This document shows, piece after piece, positions 19,158-23,877 of a stretch of 23,877 nucleotides of DNA. The notes under the pieces are model-generated. The model was not told the DNA's origin. It saw only the letters and a program-made list of their open reading frames with translations, and did not search any database. Position 1 is the first letter of the stretch. The number at the start of each line of letters is the position of its first letter. Source of the DNA: an uncultured archaeon (GTDB taxonomy: Archaea > Asgardarchaeota > Lokiarchaeia > Sigyniarchaeales > SOKP01); contig CAZOYD010000054.1 of the NCBI GenBank assembly GCA_964583985.1, forward strand, positions 1 to 23,877. The letters are read 5' to 3'. The translations under genes were made by a program, and so were the position numbers.

Positions 19158-21017
19158 TTATCCAATATTTAATTCTTTTAATTTTTTAGATGTAGGTATT
19201 CCGTTATCATCCCAACCTCGAAACTTATAATATTCCTCTAACATTAAATCAATCGTTACCACTTTATTTTTAGTTAAGCCTTTTTCTAATGGAAATTTAA
19301 GTCTTGGAGGTAACTTATCATCAATTCTGGTGACGCCACATTTAGTATTATATACTCTTTTTAAATTAAATATTCGTTCTCCAATTTCTATTAGACTTTT
19401 CAATGAAAACTTGAACCCCGTTAAATAATAAAGCACGTCTAAAAGTTTATCCAACAAGCCATCAACAATCTGGGATCCAGAGGTCATGGTTTGTTTGCAT
19501 ATTCCCAATGCATTTACCACTTCTGCTAAATTTTGCGTCATGGCAATATCTTTCGCAAACTTTGGATCATCTATTGTTCTTTCTCTTATCGGTTTTTCCT
19601 TTGTTATTTTAAGATTATCATTAAAACCAGTGAATCCTGAATACTGATCATTTGCATAACCTCGACCATGACACGCACCACGATTGGAAGTGGCATATTG
19701 TAAACCGAGTGGAAAGATACCTCTTGGATCATGCATCGGTGCCTCAAGTCCTTTTACATCAGTAAGAAATTGTTCTGATCCTTTTCCAATTATTTTAGAA
19801 GCCTTTTTAGAACCCAAACTTAGAGTTTTTCCTATCCCTTCTCTTTCACATATTAACCGAGTTAATTTAACAATAGCTTCTGCATTTCCCCATTCTAATG
19901 GAAATCCTATATCTTCTTCCGTTAAAACTCCATGTTCGTAACAATCAAGAGCGAAAGAGATTGTGCATCCCGTGGATATAGTATCAACTCCCATTTTATT
20001 ACAGAGATCGTTCAAATAAGCTATGGCTTCGACATCTGATATTAAGCACATTGCACCAAATGCAGCAGTTGTTTCATATTCTGCACCAGCCGCGTGCTCA
20101 ATCTTATAAGGCCCTTCTTTAATTTCAATCTCTCTCCCACACATGAAAGGGCAAAGATAACAGGGTTTATTCTTAACATGGTATTTTTCAAACACAACTT
20201 CTCCCGAAATTTGAGGAACGTCTCGCCACTTGTGTAATGTCCAATTTTTATGAGGGACATCATATAATCGTTCAAAATAAGTAATGTTATTCGTGCCATA
20301 AGTTCGCAATATTTCTGCCATCGGAGATTTTTGGAATGATTTAAATAATAATTGTGTTATCTTGCGGAAATTATCCTCATCATAATATTCGATTTTCTTC
20401 TTACTCTTTTTTACAGCAATGGCCTTGAGATTTTTTGACCCCATTATGGCCCCCATTCCAGTTCGCCCCACTGCTCTATGATGATCATTCATTATAGTCG
20501 CCAATGGAACCTGCTTTTCTCCAGATGGGCCAATACAAGCAATCTTATAATCCTTACCGAGTTTGGAATTTAGTTCTTGGATTGTTTTATCGGTTGTTAA
20601 TCCCCATAAATCTGAAGCATCTTTTAATTCAAAATGATCTTTCTCAACTAATAGATATTTAGGAGTCTCTAATTTATTTTTAAATACAATCCCATTAAAA
20701 TTTTTTCTCAATTCTGCAGCGAAAAAACCGCCTGATAGACCTTCACCGTAGATAGATGTTTGAGGAGAACGCGCTGAAACCGAATAAAAGCCCGAACAAG
20801 GATAAGTAGTGCCTGTCAAAAGTCCCGTCATCAATGCTAGAACGTTTTTTTTATCAAGCGGATTGTAGTTATAAGTTTTCTCATCCAATAAATAGTTTAT
20901 AGCAAATCCAGGACCACCCAAGAATTTTTCAATATTCGCTCTACCATATTCACGGACAATAAAGGATTCATTTTCTAAATCTACTTCCAAAACTTTTCCA
21001 ATATCATGTTTTGCCAC
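19158..21017 (-). CDS. aor: Tungsten-dependent aldehyde:ferredoxin oxidoreductase family protein
   Basis: FLGGPG, ARSPQT, GGFFAAEL, IGPSGE, GRTGMGAIMGSKNLKAI, CYLCPFMC (4Fe-4S), EYET, GVDTISTG, HDPR, RGACH, YYKFRGWD..GIPT. Confidence 0.95.
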   Translation of the reverse strand: MAKHDIGKVLEVDLENESFIVREYGRANIEKFLGGPGFAINYLLDEKTYNYNPLDKKNVLALMTGLLTGTTYPCSGFYSVSARSPQTSIYGEGLSGGFFAAELRKNFNGIVFKNKLETPKYLLVEKDHFELKDASDLWGLTTDKTIQELNSKLGKDYKIACIGPSGEKQVPLATIMNDHHRAVGRTGMGAIMGSKNLKAIAVKKSKKKIEYYDEDNFRKITQLLFKSFQKSPMAEILRTYGTNNITYFERLYDVPHKNWTLHKWRDVPQISGEVVFEKYHVKNKPCYLCPFMCGREIEIKEGPYKIEHAAGAEYETTAAFGAMCLISDVEAIAYLNDLCNKMGVDTISTGCTISFALDCYEHGVLTEEDIGFPLEWGNAEAIVKLTRLICEREGIGKTLSLGSKKASKIIGKGSEQFLTDVKGLEAPMHDPRGIFPLGLQYATSNRGACHGRGYANDQYSGFTGFNDNLKITKEKPIRERTIDDPKFAKDIAMTQNLAEVVNALGICKQTMTSGSQIVDGLLDKLLDVLYYLTGFKFSLKSLIEIGERIFNLKRVYNTKCGVTRIDDKLPPRLKFPLEKGLTKNKVVTIDLMLEEYYKFRGWDDNGIPTSKKLKELNIG

Positions 21018-21212
21018 TTTTTTTCATATCTATCTGTATTATTTAATCTAAATTATTTTAGAACCATGAAGTTAATAAATATTTATAATAATAGGAAAAT
21101 CTTCAGTTTAAATTCTGATGGGAAACTTATGAAATTAATAGATAAAGCTTAATTTTTTGGAATGATTTTTTCAATTGAAATAAATTAATAAAAAAATAAG
21201 ATTAGAACTAAA

Positions 21213-22205
21213 ATGATAACTCCAGAACAATTAAAAGAAGTTTTAAAAGAAAGCGTTATTAACTTAAGATTCCACGCTCGTGGAGGTCAAGGAGGAGTAA
21301 CTGCTTCAAATCTTTGCGTTGAAGCGTTTTATGGATATGGTGTATGCCAACCTAAATTTGGTGCTGAAAGAATGGGCTCTCCTACAGAAAGTTATGTACG
21401 TTTAAGTGCTAACATTGATTTAGTTCGAAATAATGAACAAGTATATGCTCCTCACGTGGTCGCTGTTTTAGATCCTTCTCTTCTTGGAGAAATTGATGTT
21501 GTAGCAGGATTAGCACCCGGAGGATGGTTAATTGTCAATACAGTGTTAGATCAAATCTCACTTCAAACGATAGTCAAACGGAAAGATATTAATATTGCAA
21601 CTATTGATGCTTTAAACATCGCAATGGAGGTGCTTGGTCGTAATATCACAAATACAATAATCCTTGGAGCAGTAATACGTGTCATGCCCATTTTTACCAT
21701 GGAAGCTTTGGCTGATGCGATAATGAGTAGATTTAAAGGAAGCATCGCTGCAAAAAACGTAGAAGCGATAAAACGTGCTCATGAAGAAACATGTATTTTT
21801 GAAACACCTAAAGCTCCAGAGATTAATTTTTCAGTAGATACAAAAGTTCCGTGGCAACAAGTTTCTTTAGGATTACCAGGATATAAAGAAATTGATGCTG
21901 CAGGAGTATGGTATTGCGATGAAGATATAATAGAATATGGAAGTAGCCAAGTTAATACGGGTTCATGGGGTGAATGGGATATCATATGGGATGAAGAAAA
22001 ATGCACGGATTGTACTTTGTGTTGGTATATATGCCCCGATTTTGCAATAATCCGAGAAAAAGGAGAAGATGGACTATGGCACATGAAAGGTATTGATCAA
22101 TTTCATTGCAAATCTTGTCAAAACTGCCTTGAAGTCTGTCCTGTTAGTGCAATATCCAAAAAATTAAAACAAGGTCCGGCGGCTTGCGCTGTACCGGAGG
22201 AGTAG
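21213..22205 (+). CDS. porC: 2-oxoacid (pyruvate/ketoisovalerate):ferredoxin oxidoreductase, fused gamma-delta subunit
   Basis: Gamma motifs RFHARGGQGGVTA, FGAERMGSP, NTIILGA. C-terminal delta NTGSW and two 4Fe-4S motifs, CTDCTLCWYICP and CKSCQNCLEVCP. Confidence 0.92.
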   Translation: MITPEQLKEVLKESVINLRFHARGGQGGVTASNLCVEAFYGYGVCQPKFGAERMGSPTESYVRLSANIDLVRNNEQVYAPHVVAVLDPSLLGEIDVVAGLAPGGWLIVNTVLDQISLQTIVKRKDINIATIDALNIAMEVLGRNITNTIILGAVIRVMPIFTMEALADAIMSRFKGSIAAKNVEAIKRAHEETCIFETPKAPEINFSVDTKVPWQQVSLGLPGYKEIDAAGVWYCDEDIIEYGSSQVNTGSWGEWDIIWDEEKCTDCTLCWYICPDFAIIREKGEDGLWHMKGIDQFHCKSCQNCLEVCPVSAISKKLKQGPAACAVPEE

Positions 22206-22217
22206 AGGTGAAATAAA

Positions 22218-23447
22218 ATGAGTATCGAACCAATGAGAATCTTTTTTAAAGAAATCAAGGAACCAATTAAAACCACCATGATTGGAAATTATGCGGTTGC
22301 TGGGGGTGTCACTCAAACAGATCCAGATGTAATCTGCGCATTTCCAATAACACCGCAAACCCAATCTGTTGAAGGATTATCTGATGTTGTAAACCAAGGA
22401 AGATTAAAAGCCGCTTTTGTAAATGTAGAATCTGAATTAGCTGCGATTAGTTATTCAACAGCAGCATGTGCAGCTGGTGCTAGAACATTTACCGCTACTG
22501 CGAGTCAGGGCTATTTGTTGATGACTGAGGCTCTACCCATGGCTGTAGGTTGGAGAATACCCTTGACAATGATGATTTCAGCCCGAGCATTCAATTCACC
22601 CAATTTATCTATTTGGAATTCATGGGAATATACCCAAGTCAATTCTGAGCTTGGATGGAACATCATAGTCTCAGAAAATGTTCAAGAAACCTATGATGCA
22701 GCGATCCTATCTGTTATGATTTCTGAAGATACACTATTTCCAACAATCTTCGTTCACGATGGATTTATAATCTCCCATTCCGTCCAAAATTTAACGTTAA
22801 TCCCCGATGAAACGGTTAGGCGCATGACACCCAAAAAACCTCGTCATGTAATTGATCCTTCGAAACCAGGAACATGGGGTGGTATTGTAACTCCAGATTA
22901 CTTCATGGAAGGAAGAGCAAATCTTGATGAAGCTAAAAAACCAGTTTTAACTCAAATGAAAAACGCAATGGCTCAATTTAAATCTGAGACTGGAAGGGAA
23001 TATAATTTAATAGAAACGTATAATGTAGTTAATTCCTCCAAAACCTGTTTCGTAACAATGGGGTCAATGAGTGGAAACATAATAAGTTGGATGACGAAAA
23101 ATAAAGACGTTGGACTCATAAAGATCCGAGCATTTCGACCATTCCCATATGAAGAATTAAGAAAAATAGTCGAAGAAAACGGCATAGAGAAGCTTATCAT
23201 ATTAGAGAAAAGTGATTCTTTGAATGGACTTTTACCTCCCTTTTCGATGACGATCGCTTCGGCTCTTTATCCTCTTAAAACGATATTCAGAAGCTTTATT
23301 GTGGGCTTAGGAGGCAGAGATGTGACTCGAGATGAGTTTGATATAGCAAAAATGAAAATGGCTACTGTTAATGACATGAAGGGACCACTCTACATATATC
23401 TCGGAGTACGTGAAACAAAAGAAAAAATTCATGGGGTGAATCTCTAA
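22218..23447 (+). CDS. porA: 2-oxoacid (pyruvate):ferredoxin oxidoreductase alpha subunit
   Basis: GNYAVA, AFPITPQT, VESE, RTFTATASQG, DGFIISH, IRAFRPFP, GLGGRD. GAGGTGA RBS 6 nt upstream. Confidence 0.93.
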   Translation: MSIEPMRIFFKEIKEPIKTTMIGNYAVAGGVTQTDPDVICAFPITPQTQSVEGLSDVVNQGRLKAAFVNVESELAAISYSTAACAAGARTFTATASQGYLLMTEALPMAVGWRIPLTMMISARAFNSPNLSIWNSWEYTQVNSELGWNIIVSENVQETYDAAILSVMISEDTLFPTIFVHDGFIISHSVQNLTLIPDETVRRMTPKKPRHVIDPSKPGTWGGIVTPDYFMEGRANLDEAKKPVLTQMKNAMAQFKSETGREYNLIETYNVVNSSKTCFVTMGSMSGNIISWMTKNKDVGLIKIRAFRPFPYEELRKIVEENGIEKLIILEKSDSLNGLLPPFSMTIASALYPLKTIFRSFIVGLGGRDVTRDEFDIAKMKMATVNDMKGPLYIYLGVRETKEKIHGVNL

Positions 23448-23448
23448 A

Positions 23449-23532
23449 ATGTCTAAACCAGAGAGGAATGTTATATCTTTTGAAGATATTTTAGCTCGAA
23501 AAGAGAAATCTAATGTATTCACTAATCTATAA
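23449..23532 (+). pseudogene. 27-codon ORF (MSKPERNVISFEDILARKEKSNVFTNL) at the porB position: possible truncated beta-subunit N-terminus or small protein
   Basis: ATG 1 nt after the porA stop, with RBS GGGGTGA (23433-23439) inside the porA end resembling the porA RBS. Stops at TAA 23530-23532, then T7 runs and about 340 nt of AT-rich non-coding DNA. Confidence 0.4.
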
Positions 23533-23548
23533 AATAAATTAATAACCC

Positions 23549-23574
23549 TTTTTTTAATATCATCTTCTTTTTTT
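23549..23574 (+). terminator. Tandem oligo-T terminator candidates ending the por transcript
   Basis: T7 at 23549-23555 and T7 at 23568-23574. Confidence 0.4.
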
Positions 23575-23877
23575 AATTAATATTGGGAAATAAAACAATT
23601 CTCTTATATATTATTCACAATTTGTAATACGTTCATGTTTGTATTTTATCGTTTCCTTTAATCATAAATTTTAATATAGATTTCTCTTTATAATTTTATT
23701 TCTATATTAAAGCATTGTAAAAAAAAATTCTACAAATTTACCCTATCAGTAGATGAAAATTAAAATGAAAAAAATATAAAAATCATAAGAGAAGTTGATA
23801 TTTCTCTACTAAAACATCCACCCAAAATAACCAATAAAAATATCAAAATATTTAAATATTAAATTATAAACTATTTA

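Noticed and set aside
22203-22205. TAG stop of the gamma-delta gene as pyrrolysine read-through
   Set aside because: An in-frame TGA follows two codons later and the protein is already complete.
1409-23522. The 60-116 aa ORFs in the track that overlap larger genes (e.g. 1409-1675, 7398-7679, 9788-10120, 10751-11101, 18807-19118, 21779-22084, 23307-23522)
   Set aside because: They are antisense or off-frame shadows of well-supported genes and have no recognisable motifs.
23533-23877. AT-rich tail checked for CRISPR leader/repeats, tRNA, IS ends or origin repeats
   Set aside because: No regular direct repeats, cloverleaf or terminal inverted repeats were seen. It is likely an intergenic or promoter region.

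Overview
AT-rich (roughly 30% GC by eye), gene-dense prokaryotic window, most likely from an anaerobic archaeon. The TPR + longin-like protein, DUF35, split methylmalonyl-CoA mutase, ACD, tungsten AOR, T-run terminators and GGTGA-type RBSs point to Asgard/Lokiarchaeia, which is an inference. Left end: the 3' end of a small unknown ORF, a B12-binding radical SAM enzyme with an unusual 8-Cys SPASM-like C-terminus, and a TPR/longin-like protein. Next is an acyl-CoA module (DUF35, methylmalonyl-CoA mutase large subunit, ADP-forming acyl-CoA synthetase alpha, PaaI thioesterase). The centre and right hold what looks like an undescribed kinase-free sugar/sugar-acid catabolic cluster: MFS, PHP hydrolase, fucose/arabinose-isomerase-like protein, a divergent GH38/GH57-like glycosidase and an RraA/HMG aldolase, divergent from an IlvD/Edd dehydratase and a GPH sugar symporter. 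These are followed by AOR and a 2-oxoacid:ferredoxin oxidoreductase (gamma-delta fusion + alpha) whose beta gene position holds only a 27-codon ORF. No rRNA, tRNA, CRISPR or mobile element was recognised.
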